DNA of 27,558 bases, taken from positions 1-27,558 of IMG/VR virus record IMGVR_UViG_3300019875_000007; one strand, given 5' to 3'. Made by a program: the position numbers and the translations under genes. Below, in pieces: positions 1 to 6,906 of the stretch. This stretch comes from a virus (Duplodnaviria; Caudoviricetes). The first letter of the stretch is position 1; every line of letters starts with the position of its first letter. The notes beneath the pieces were generated by a model, which was not told the DNA's origin, did no database searches, and worked only from the letters and a program-made list of their open reading frames with translations.

Positions 1-90
1 GTCCCAAGCGGCGTCCCAAGCGGCGGCCCCAGCGGCGTCCCGAGCGGCGTCCCAAGCGGCGTCCCGAGCGGCGGCCCCAGCGGCGGCCGC
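1..90. repeat. 12-bp tandem repeat (unit ~GTCCCAAGCGGC) encoding AAWD/AARD/AAGA
   Basis: Directly visible imperfect 12-mer array at the window edge. Confidence 0.9.
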
Positions 91-510
91 CTTCGTCCGC
101 GCTTCCCGCACGACCGGACCCGCGGCCTGCGCGGCCACCATGCCCACGATCCTGCGCAGATCCCGCAGCGAGGTCGCCTCCGCAGTCAGCCCTGCCAGGT
201 CCAGCCACGCTGGGGTGTAGGTGCGGATCAACCAGTCCAAAGCCATGTACGAGCGGGTCTCGTCCAGGCCATCGCCGGCTGTACCAACTAGCCGAGGAAT
301 AAGGGGACGCAACTCCTGACGGCGCTCGTCGGAGAGGACGTCGTTGAGGTTGGTGCCGAAGGCGCGCAGTACGGGCGACACGCACGGCGGGGCGTCGGAG
401 TGGTCGCGGCCGGCATACCAAGCAACCATCTCCATCAAACATGTACCCTCCGCCCGGGTGGCGTGAGCGCCCTTGCTCAGAAAGGCGGAGTCCAAATCGA
501 CGTGGTGCAT
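1..510 (-). CDS. Phage protein with Ala-rich AAWD/AARD tandem repeats (3' end outside window)
   Basis: Not in the ORF track because it runs off the window. ATG at 510 overlaps the HNH stop. Translates as MHHVDLDSAFLSKGAHATRAEGTCLMEMVAWYAGRDHSDAPPCVSPVLRAF...AAARDAAWDAARDAAGAAAWDAAWD. Confidence 0.8.
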   Translation of the reverse strand, partial: MHHVDLDSAFLSKGAHATRAEGTCLMEMVAWYAGRDHSDAPPCVSPVLRAFGTNLNDVLSDERRQELRPLIPRLVGTAGDGLDETRSYMALDWLIRTYTPAWLDLAGLTAEATSLRDLRRIVGMVAAQAAGPVVREARTKAAAAGAAARDAAWDAARDAAGAAAWDAAWD

Positions 511-1106
511 CAGGCACTCCTTTGTGCAGCGCGACGCTCACGGCGGCGCTCATTGATTAGGGCCCGATTCGCGGCTCGGTACGAGCGAGTCCGTTCGCGA
601 TAACACTCGGCGCAGTAGCGGGCGCCGCTGTGTCGATAGCGGACGTTTTCCTCCGCGTAGGGATGCCCTTGCGGGCACTGCGTCACAGCCTGAGCGCGAG
701 CGCGAAGCACGGCACGGCCAAGTTCAAGGTTCTTGGTTCGCCCTTTGGCTTCGCGGTCGCGGTTGTTATCGGCGACAGTTCCAACACTCAAGTGGGCGGG
801 TTTTACGCACGGCGGGTTGTCGCATGAATGCATGACAACTAGGCCGCCAGGGATTGGCTCACAGCTGAGCTGGTAGGCCACGCGATGTGCGCCCTGTAGC
901 CGATCCTGGTAGTAGACGATGCCGTAGCCGTTGTCATTGCGTTGACCCTGGTACTCCCAGCAGCCCGATTCGGTGACGACAATGCGCCCCCAGAGACGAG
1001 CCTCAATCGGCACTGGCCCGAACGTGCCGTCCACTCGCCTATACGCCTCGCGGTTTACGCCCTTATCGAGGTGCAGCGCGTCGAGGTCAAGGGTTGTGGC
1101 GCTCAT
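510..1106 (-). CDS. HNH homing endonuclease (HNH_3-like) with C-terminal Cys/His zinc finger
   Basis: Motifs GCWEYQG..NGYG and AHRVAY...VVMHSCDNPPCVKPAHL..GT...NNRD, then CPQGHPY...YCAEC. RBS GAGAGGGA precedes ATG 1106; an in-frame ATG at 1295 is also possible. Confidence 0.88.
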   Translation of the reverse strand: MSATTLDLDALHLDKGVNREAYRRVDGTFGPVPIEARLWGRIVVTESGCWEYQGQRNDNGYGIVYYQDRLQGAHRVAYQLSCEPIPGGLVVMHSCDNPPCVKPAHLSVGTVADNNRDREAKGRTKNLELGRAVLRARAQAVTQCPQGHPYAEENVRYRHSGARYCAECYRERTRSYRAANRALINERRRERRAAQRSA

Positions 1107-1137
1107 CGCGGTCCCTCTCAGGTCAGATGGCTTAGTG

Positions 1138-1173
1138 GGGCGGGGACGCGCTGTGAGGTACGCGTCCCCGCCC
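1138..1173. repeat. Perfect 13-bp inverted repeat upstream of the HNH start
   Basis: GGGCGGGGACGCG (1138-1150) pairs with CGCGTCCCCGCCC (1161-1173), 10-nt loop. Confidence 0.7.
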
Positions 1174-1291
1174 GTGCCGTCGCCTTGACCACCAGCCAGC
1201 AGCGGCGACGGCAGTCCCGATGGGGCGGCAATCGGGACAGGCCACGACCGGGCACCGGGGAGGCGCAGTTCCAGGCGTGGCGGTGAGAAAG

Positions 1292-1561
1292 TCATGACGC
1301 GTCATCCCCGCAGCAGCAGGTGACGCAGTGGCGTCCGCGTTTCTTCGCCACCACGTCGCCGAGCCGGAACCGCCACGCGCCGCTCTTGGCGCGGGTGCCG
1401 TCCAACTTGCCGGTCGTCACCCACCAGCGCACCGTTTCCGGGGTACGTCCGACGATCACGGCGGCCTCGGTGGTGGAGATGAGCCGCTCAGGGTCGTCGT
1501 CACCGATCTCGGAGGCGGCGATCTCGGCGAGGATCTGGCCGGCGGTGCGCACGAGGGTCAT
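1292..1561 (-). CDS. Excisionase-like/MerR-type HTH DNA-binding protein
   Basis: LISTTEAAVIVGRTPETVRWWVTTGKL...GAWRF (HTH_17-like). ATG 1561 overlaps the upstream stop. Cys-rich tail HCVTCCC. Confidence 0.75.
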   Translation of the reverse strand: MTLVRTAGQILAEIAASEIGDDDPERLISTTEAAVIVGRTPETVRWWVTTGKLDGTRAKSGAWRFRLGDVVAKKRGRHCVTCCCGDDAS

Positions 1562-1866
1562 GAGGCAGCCCTCCGCGCGCGGTAGGCGCGGAAGTACTCG
1601 GCGTTGGCGGCGCGGCACTCCTGACACCGACAGCACCGGTTGTCGTAGGCGTTCTTGGTGCCGTGCTCAACCGTGGCTGCCGGCGGCCTGGCCGCGTGGG
1701 TGGCCCGGAGTTGGCGCGCGTACGCAGCCTTGGCGTCCTTGCAGGCGCGGCACCGACAGCCGGAGTTGATGTAGCCGTTCAGCCCGTGGGTGGGTGCGAC
1801 GGGCTTGGGACGGAGCTTCGGGCGGCGCTGGCCATTCGCGAGGATCTGCGCGGCTGTAACGATCAT
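1558..1866 (-). CDS. Small protein with two HG-x3-Y-x3-CRC-x2-C putative zinc-binding repeats
   Basis: HGLNGYINSGCRCRAC and HGTKNAYDNRCCRCQEC; RBS GAGGAG upstream. Confidence 0.75.
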   Translation of the reverse strand: MIVTAAQILANGQRRPKLRPKPVAPTHGLNGYINSGCRCRACKDAKAAYARQLRATHAARPPAATVEHGTKNAYDNRCCRCQECRAANAEYFRAYRARRAAS

Positions 1867-1876
1867 GGCGGGCTCC

Positions 1877-2158
1877 TCAGCACTCGAAGATCACGTGTCG
1901 ATGGGTGGACGGGTTGTCCGCGCATGCCACCGGCGCCAACTTCGGGTCGGTGCTCAACTGCCATCCGTTGGTGCTGCCGCACGGCACGCGGTTGACCCGC
2001 TCGGTTGCCTCTTTGTCCGACAGCGACGTGCAGGCCTGGATGCTGAGCAGCCGCTCGGACAGGCGCGTGAACTCGGGCGTCTGCTGCGAGGGCATGTTGG
2101 CGTTCACCTGCTCCACGAGGGCGCGAGTCTCGGGGCGGAGATCGTCGAAGGTCGTCAC
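1877..2158 (-). CDS. Hypothetical protein
   Basis: GTG 2158 overlaps the upstream stop; VTTFDDLRPETRALVEQ...HRHVIFEC; coupled operon layout. Confidence 0.65.
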   Translation of the reverse strand: MTTFDDLRPETRALVEQVNANMPSQQTPEFTRLSERLLSIQACTSLSDKEATERVNRVPCGSTNGWQLSTDPKLAPVACADNPSTHRHVIFEC

Positions 2159-2355
2159 GGCGACACCAGCTCCCGCATGCACGTCTCGGCCTGTTCCCGG
2201 CCGCCCACGTAGAAGGCGCCCTGGCCGCGGTGCTGCATCCACCACTGGCCGGCGGTACGGACCTCGGCGACGGCGATCCGTGCACTGGCGTCGGTGAAGA
2301 CCTCGAGCTTGAAGCCGTGGTCGACGAGGTGACGGGCGGGACGGGTGGCGGTCAT
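2155..2355 (-). CDS. Hypothetical protein
   Basis: 66-aa ORF with 4-bp overlaps at both ends. Confidence 0.65.
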   Translation of the reverse strand: MTATRPARHLVDHGFKLEVFTDASARIAVAEVRTAGQWWMQHRGQGAFYVGGREQAETCMRELVSP

Positions 2356-2549
2356 GAGGCCACCACCGGCTCGGTCGCGTTGCCCGACAGGATCGCCTCA
2401 ACGTCCTCGCGGCGGATGCGGAATTGCCCGCTTGGGTGCTTGATCGCAGGGATCCGACCTGCGGCGATCCAGTCGCGTACCGTCTGGTCGGAAACCTCGA
2501 GCAGCACGGCCGCCTGCGGAGGTGTGAGCCACCGGCGTTCCTGTGTCAT
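2352..2549 (-). CDS. Cro/excisionase-like HTH protein
   Basis: WLTPPQAAVLLEVSDQTVRDWIAAGRIPA...GQFRIRREDV; divergent from the repressor. Confidence 0.82.
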   Translation of the reverse strand: MTQERRWLTPPQAAVLLEVSDQTVRDWIAAGRIPAIKHPSGQFRIRREDVEAILSGNATEPVVAS

Positions 2550-2642
2550 GCACAGGAGGCTAGGACTTCCCAGTAACCCGTGTCAAGCACAGGACTCTGG
2601 GATTCCCTTGGAATCTTGGGTCATGTCCCATATTGTGTGCGC
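2550..2642. promoter_or_regulatory. Divergent leaderless promoters with candidate operators (genetic switch)
   Basis: Minus strand: TTGACA (2581-2586), 18 bp, TAGCCT (2557-2562), 7 nt to ATG 2549. Plus strand: TTGGAA (2608-2613), 17 bp, TATTGT (2631-2636), 6 nt to ATG 2643. Repeated TGGG/CCCA half-sites. Confidence 0.7.
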
Positions 2643-3038
2643 ATGACGACCACACAGGTTGAGCCCAGATCGGCTGGATGGACACCGAACGACCGCACGT
2701 TCGGCGCCAGACTCGCCCTCGTGCGTCAGCGGATGTCCTGGGGAAACGTCAAGGAGGCCGCTATTGCGTGCGGCCTGCCAGCTGAGTCCTGGCGTACATG
2801 GGAACGGGACAACGTGACGCCGAGGCGCATCGTGGAGGTGAGCGCCATCATCGCCGGTCGAACCGGGTGTGACCGGATGTGGCTGCTCCTGGGCCCGGAG
2901 GGCACTGCCAACTCACCGGAAGTTACGGTAACGGAGGTACGACGTGGCCCATACGCTGGCGTTTCCCGTCCTCCGGGACGACCAGGGGGTATCCGGACGG
3001 CCCCCGTACGTCCGCCGGTTGCGGGGATCGCGGCATGA
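2643..3038 (+). CDS. Immunity repressor (XRE-type HTH) with C-terminal ssrA-like tag
   Basis: FGARLALVRQRMSWGNVKEAAIACGLPAESWRTWE...GCDRMWLLLG, a Pro/Arg-rich tail and a final AGIAA. Confidence 0.82.
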   Translation: MTTTQVEPRSAGWTPNDRTFGARLALVRQRMSWGNVKEAAIACGLPAESWRTWERDNVTPRRIVEVSAIIAGRTGCDRMWLLLGPEGTANSPEVTVTEVRRGPYAGVSRPPGRPGGIRTAPVRPPVAGIAA

Positions 3039-3126
3039 ACTGTCTGACGGTTCACACACTTCAGGCCACTCGTTGTAGCGACCTGGTCACTGGTTTGCCA
3101 CCGCGCACCGTGCCAAGGTCGGCAAG

Positions 3127-3975
3127 ATGACGGACTACATCGAGGTACACGTCATCCACCTGAAGGCCGCCGGCTACAGCCCGCGGACCATCCACGACCG
3201 GCAGCGGCTCCTGCATCACGTCAACGCCGCCCTGCCCCACGGTCTCTACCACTCCTCACGCGAGGAGATCGAGGCGTACCTGGCCCGCGACCTGGCCGCC
3301 GAGAGCCGCGCCTGCTACTTCGGGCACCTGTCCGGCTTCTGGTCTCACATGACCGCAGGCGACGAGCCCTACTTCGAGATCAACCCCATGACCGGCACTG
3401 TCCGGCCACAGGTACCACCCGGTGTGCCCGACCCGGTCACCGAGGAGGACCTGCACTACTGCCTGGCCCGCTCCGACGCACGCTGGCGGCTCATCATCAC
3501 CTTGGCCGCGTACGAGGCGCTGCGCCGGGCTGACATCTGCGGCCTGCGCCGCGAGCACGTCTCGGTTCAGCGGCTACGAGTCGTCAACGGCAAGGGCGGC
3601 CAGGACGCCTGGCTACCCACCCACCCGGCGGTCTGGGAGCTGGTCGAACCACTACCGGCGGGGCCACTGCTGCACCGCCGCGACGGACGGACCTGCACCC
3701 CGAACTGGCTGGGCGTGATGGCCAAATATCACTTCGGGGTGCGGCTCGGCCGGCCCGACATCCACCTGCACAGATTCAGGCACTGGACGGCGACCGCGCT
3801 CACCGAGCAGGGTGTGCCGACCGCCGTGGTGGCCGGAATCATGCGGCACCGCTCGCTGGCCACCACTCAGCGCTACGTGCAGGTGAGCGACGGGCAGCGG
3901 CGACTAGCCATCGGCACGCTGCCCACCACGAGCAACGACCTGCTGGCCAGTAACCAGCAGGTCGTTGCAGCTTAA
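3127..3975 (+). CDS. int: Tyrosine integrase, short type lacking an arm-binding domain
   Basis: Catalytic residues LRRAD, GKGG, HRFRH, MRH, TQRY; 282 aa; ends QQVVAA. Confidence 0.92.
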   Translation: MTDYIEVHVIHLKAAGYSPRTIHDRQRLLHHVNAALPHGLYHSSREEIEAYLARDLAAESRACYFGHLSGFWSHMTAGDEPYFEINPMTGTVRPQVPPGVPDPVTEEDLHYCLARSDARWRLIITLAAYEALRRADICGLRREHVSVQRLRVVNGKGGQDAWLPTHPAVWELVEPLPAGPLLHRRDGRTCTPNWLGVMAKYHFGVRLGRPDIHLHRFRHWTATALTEQGVPTAVVAGIMRHRSLATTQRYVQVSDGQRRLAIGTLPTTSNDLLASNQQVVAA

Positions 3976-4008
3976 TCCGTACGGACAGAGGCTCGCATAA
4001 CAGCATGA

Positions 4009-4046
4009 CACCCGCCCTCGTCGATGTGACGGGGGCGGGTGCTTTT
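4009..4046 (+). terminator. Intrinsic terminator after int, between convergent genes
   Basis: CACCCGCCCTCGTC pairs with GACGGGGGCGGGTG, followed by CTTTT. Confidence 0.8.
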
Positions 4047-4058
4047 CGCAGCGATCTC

Positions 4059-4502
4059 TCAGCCGCCGATGGTCAGGTGTATGCCATCGGCCAACTGGTC
4101 GGCGGAGTACTGCACCACGCCACGGCGACCCAGCTCCACGCCGTAGAAGTCGCTGCCGCGCGGCACGTCGACGCTGAACGGGAACGTACAGATGCCAGCT
4201 CCGACACCGGGGCCAAGCGTGGTGGTGGCGAGCACCTTGCCGGCCGCGTCCTTGATGACAACCTGGGCGCCGGTCTTGATGTCGGCGTAGCCGCCGCCGG
4301 TGAAGCAGCCGGTGCCGGTGGAGGTAACGTCGGCCCGCGAGTTGACGGTGATGTCGCCGTCGACGGCGATGGAGCGTTGGGTGGTCCACCACCAGGCGCC
4401 GCCGCCGATCGCGAGGGTGAGCGCGACTGCGCCGACGATGACAAGGGCGACTAGCCATTCGGGGCGCTTCGGGGCGACGGGTGAGGGAATGTCAGGGGTC
4501 AT
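4059..4502 (-). CDS. Single-pass membrane protein with a two-Cys extracellular domain
   Basis: TM segment WLVALVIVGAVALTLAIGGGAWWW; C..GGYADI..GAQV...C.F.F.V.VP domain; ATG 4502. Confidence 0.78.
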   Translation of the reverse strand: MTPDIPSPVAPKRPEWLVALVIVGAVALTLAIGGGAWWWTTQRSIAVDGDITVNSRADVTSTGTGCFTGGGYADIKTGAQVVIKDAAGKVLATTTLGPGVGAGICTFPFSVDVPRGSDFYGVELGRRGVVQYSADQLADGIHLTIGG

Positions 4503-4534
4503 GGGCGCAGTGTGACCTACGTCAGCACCTTTGC

Positions 4535-4744
4535 CTAGTCGGCGACGAACCGTCCACGCCCGATCTCGCCACGCAGCAGGCCGGTGTACACCAACAGCGA
4601 CAGCGCCCGGTAGGCGGTCGGCTCGCTCACGCCGTACTCGGCGGCGAACTCCTCGGTTGTCGGCACTCGGGCGCCAGGCGGCCACTCACCAGCCCTGATG
4701 CGGGCGGCGATGGCGTCAGCAATCTGACGATGCGACAACGTCAC
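4535..4744 (-). CDS. GntR-family winged-HTH regulator (DNA-binding domain only)
   Basis: HRQIADAIAARIRAGEWPPGARVPT..EFAAEYGVS..TAYRAL..L...G.....GRGRFV; GGAG RBS before GTG 4744. Confidence 0.88.
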   Translation of the reverse strand: MTLSHRQIADAIAARIRAGEWPPGARVPTTEEFAAEYGVSEPTAYRALSLLVYTGLLRGEIGRGRFVAD

Positions 4745-4790
4745 CTCGTTACTCCCTGCTCGGCGGGAGTATTCGATCACGTCGGGGGCT

Positions 4791-4849
4791 ACGTCAGCAA
4801 CTACCGGGAGTGTCACTCCTTGACTTTACGACAGTCACGTCAGTAACTT
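4791..4849 (+). promoter_or_regulatory. Rightward promoter with ACGTCAGYAACT operator repeats
   Basis: TTGACT (4820-4825), 18 bp, TAACTT (4844-4849). Repeats at 4791-4802 and 4837-4848; palindrome GGAGTG-T-CACTCC at 4807-4819. Confidence 0.65.
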
Positions 4850-4856
4850 AGGTCAC

Positions 4857-5105
4857 GGGGCTGACCCTGCTCGGCAGAAACGGAGAGGCCCCCCGCCGGG
4901 CGCGACGATCCTCAGCCACTACGGAGGCTGGGGGTCGCGTCCGGCACCCAAGACGCGCCGACCGGGAGAACTCGGACAGAGGCACCCGGTCGGCGCCCGG
5001 GAGCGGCGGCGGGTCGGAGAGCATTCACAGGTTGACCGGCCCGCCGTCCCGACCGAACCGCAGAGCCCCCGGGGCGTACTTGCTGAATGGCTGCGCTCCG
5101 GGGCG
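4857..5105 (+). ncRNA. Candidate structured RNA or leader: five consecutive hairpins
   Basis: Stems 4857-4892, 4895-4945, 4955-4996, 5007-5046 and 5067-5103; stem imperfections read as G-U on the + strand. Confidence 0.5.
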
Positions 5106-5124
5106 GCTGGCGAGGGAGGCCACG

Positions 5125-5322
5125 ATGACCGGACCCAATGCCGAGGACGGCTACGGCGCGCACCACATGCTGCCGCCCAATCGCGCCGAGGTGATGGCGA
5201 CGGTGCTGAACCACGGCGACCGCGGGGACGGCTACTGCGACGAGTGCCACGAGATCGACCCGTGCGGGGTGCGGCAGTATCAGGAGAGCGTGCTCCGCGA
5301 CCTGAACCGAGGGCTGCGATGA
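5125..5322 (+). CDS. Small His/Cys putative zinc-binding protein
   Basis: RBS GGGAGG; H...YCDECHEIDPC motif. Confidence 0.65.
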   Translation: MTGPNAEDGYGAHHMLPPNRAEVMATVLNHGDRGDGYCDECHEIDPCGVRQYQESVLRDLNRGLR

Positions 5323-5332
5323 CAGCGAGCGC

Positions 5333-5603
5333 TACAGCGCCCCCGCTGTATCGTGGCACCATGCGCCGCACCCGTCTCACCGTCGCTCAGGTCGCCGAGC
5401 GGATGAAGGTCAAGCCGTCCACTTGGCGCGCGTACGTAGCCCGTGGGCAGGCACCGAAGTCAGACGGGCAGTACGACGGACGGACGCCATGGTGGTGGTC
5501 AACGACAGTCGACGAGTGGGATGCGGGCCGTCCCTACAGCGATAGCGCTGTCTGACATCCGACAGTTCCGCTAGCGAGCTTACAGCGTTGACGCTGTAAG
5601 CTC
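5333..5603. promoter_or_regulatory. Three palindromic TACAGCG-N4-CGCTGT(A/C) operators
   Basis: Sites at 5333-5350, 5535-5552 and 5581-5598; the last extends to a 13-bp perfect inverted repeat, 5576-5603. Confidence 0.7.
5361..5555 (+). CDS. AlpA/excisionase-like HTH protein
   Basis: LTVAQVAERMKVKPSTWRAYVARGQAP...GRTPWW...VDEW. Likely leaderless ATG 5361 after -10 TATCGT; alternative start at 5319. Confidence 0.78.
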   Translation: MRRTRLTVAQVAERMKVKPSTWRAYVARGQAPKSDGQYDGRTPWWWSTTVDEWDAGRPYSDSAV

Positions 5604-5608
5604 AGATC

Positions 5609-5797
5609 ATGTCAAGGGCCGAGACACTACTGGCGCAGATCCGCATTCGGGTTAACGGAAACGCTACCCATCTCGGGTACTTCGACGATGAGGCCGCGGC
5701 CGCGCGAACGTACGACGCAGCGGCGCGCGAGAACTTCGGCACCTTCGCCAGCGTGAATTTTCCCGAGCCCGGCGAGCGGGGCGCAGCGAGGAACTAG
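5609..5797 (+). CDS. Stand-alone AP2-domain protein, possibly an HNH-AP2 remnant
   Basis: IRVNG...HLGYFDDEAAAARTYDAAARENFGTFASVNFP matches the AP2 signature. Confidence 0.72.
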   Translation: MSRAETLLAQIRIRVNGNATHLGYFDDEAAAARTYDAAARENFGTFASVNFPEPGERGAARN

Positions 5798-5987
5798 GAA
5801 AAGGGCAGGGGCGTGACTGGCAGCCACCGGGGTTCGAGGCCCCGGCATGTACGAGGCGGTGACGGTCGGCTCCGGGGGCACCCGGGCGACCCGGAGGCAT
5901 TCGGGAAGCAGCATCGGCCCAGGTATCCGGCCCGCGACAGGCCACGACCGGCGAGACAGGGCGTGGCACCTACGACCTGGAGGAATC

Positions 5988-6251
5988 ATGACCAAGAGCA
6001 TCGCCGACCGGATGGCCGGAGCCGCCGAACTCGACCTGGGCCTGCCGTACTCGCTGGTCCTGGACGCGCTCGACCACCTGGAGTTCGGCGGCATGGAGCC
6101 GCTGATCCGTGAGTGGGTCGGCAAGGAGCTGACCGCCGCACTGGACCGCTACGAGACCGACCCGCTGAGCTACTGGACCGACGAGCGGGTCGCGCGAGCT
6201 CGCGGCGAGGACGCCGACTACGCGGCCGAGACCGAGGCGCTGACCGACTGA
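5988..6251 (+). CDS. Acidic hypothetical protein
   Basis: RBS GGAGGA before ATG 5988; high GC3 codon usage. Confidence 0.75.
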   Translation: MTKSIADRMAGAAELDLGLPYSLVLDALDHLEFGGMEPLIREWVGKELTAALDRYETDPLSYWTDERVARARGEDADYAAETEALTD

Positions 6252-6328
6252 ACACCGACGTTCAGGGCTCCCGATCCGGGGTCACGCCATCAGGGGCGTG
6301 GCCCCGGACCTGAGCCCTGGAGGCCCAC

Positions 6329-6853
6329 ATGAATGGCACCAGAACCGCCCGCAACATCTCCGCCGCCGTGGTCGCCACGATCGCGGCATGGAGCAGCTAC
6401 CGCCACATGGTCCACGTCGCACTACACGTGGGCGAACAACCGAGTATCGCCTGGGTCCTGCCATTGAGCGTGGACGGCCTGCTCGTGGTCGCGAGCATCG
6501 CCATGGTCGACGACCGACAGGCCGGAAGGCAGGTGAGATGGTCGGCGCGAATTGCTTTCGCGTTCGGTATCGTCGCCTCGCTGGCCGCGAACGTGGCCGC
6601 GGCGCATCCGACCGTCGGGGCGCGGCTGGTGGCGGCGTGGCCTGCGCTGGCGCTGCTGCTGACGGTGGAGTTGCTGTCGCGCAGCGGCCGGCCCAGAGCC
6701 GCCCCCCGAGTGGGGCAGGTGGCGCCAACGTCGCCGGGCATGCCGGCGGTGAGCGCGCCGAGCACCCGGCAGGTGACCGAGGTGGTCGAGGACCCGCGTG
6801 CGGTGGCGTTTCGTGAGGCGCTGCGACGCAAGCGACCCGTGACGGTGGAGTGA
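6329..6853 (+). CDS. DUF2637-like multi-pass membrane protein
   Basis: SY.HM..VA...GE....AW.LPLSVDGL...ASLAANVA...AAWPALALLL..ELL, recognised by eye. Confidence 0.78.
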   Translation: MNGTRTARNISAAVVATIAAWSSYRHMVHVALHVGEQPSIAWVLPLSVDGLLVVASIAMVDDRQAGRQVRWSARIAFAFGIVASLAANVAAAHPTVGARLVAAWPALALLLTVELLSRSGRPRAAPRVGQVAPTSPGMPAVSAPSTRQVTEVVEDPRAVAFREALRRKRPVTVE

Positions 6854-6862
6854 GCACAGCGA

Positions 6863-6894
6863 AGAGCCCCCCAGCCCGAAGGCTGGGGGGCTCT
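6863..6894. terminator. Bidirectional terminator between the island and the late/tRNA transcript
   Basis: 14-bp perfect stem AGAGCCCCCCAGCC/GGCTGGGGGGCTCT; the loop reads C(UUCG)G on the minus strand. Confidence 0.8.
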
Positions 6895-6906
6895 GTCGTT
6901 CACGAC

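Noticed and set aside
1-90. Tandem repeat as a CRISPR array or DGR variable region
   Set aside because: No spacers and no reverse transcriptase in the window; it is an in-frame coding repeat.
1107-1295. 63-codon in-frame N-terminal extension of the HNH ORF
   Set aside because: Low-complexity Pro-rich sequence spanning a strong hairpin, and the better RBS is at ATG 1106. It cannot be fully excluded because ATG 1295 overlaps the upstream stop.
4857-5105. Hairpin array as a CRISPR or mini-CRISPR array
   Set aside because: The stems differ in sequence, so there is no repeated direct-repeat unit, and no cas genes are present.
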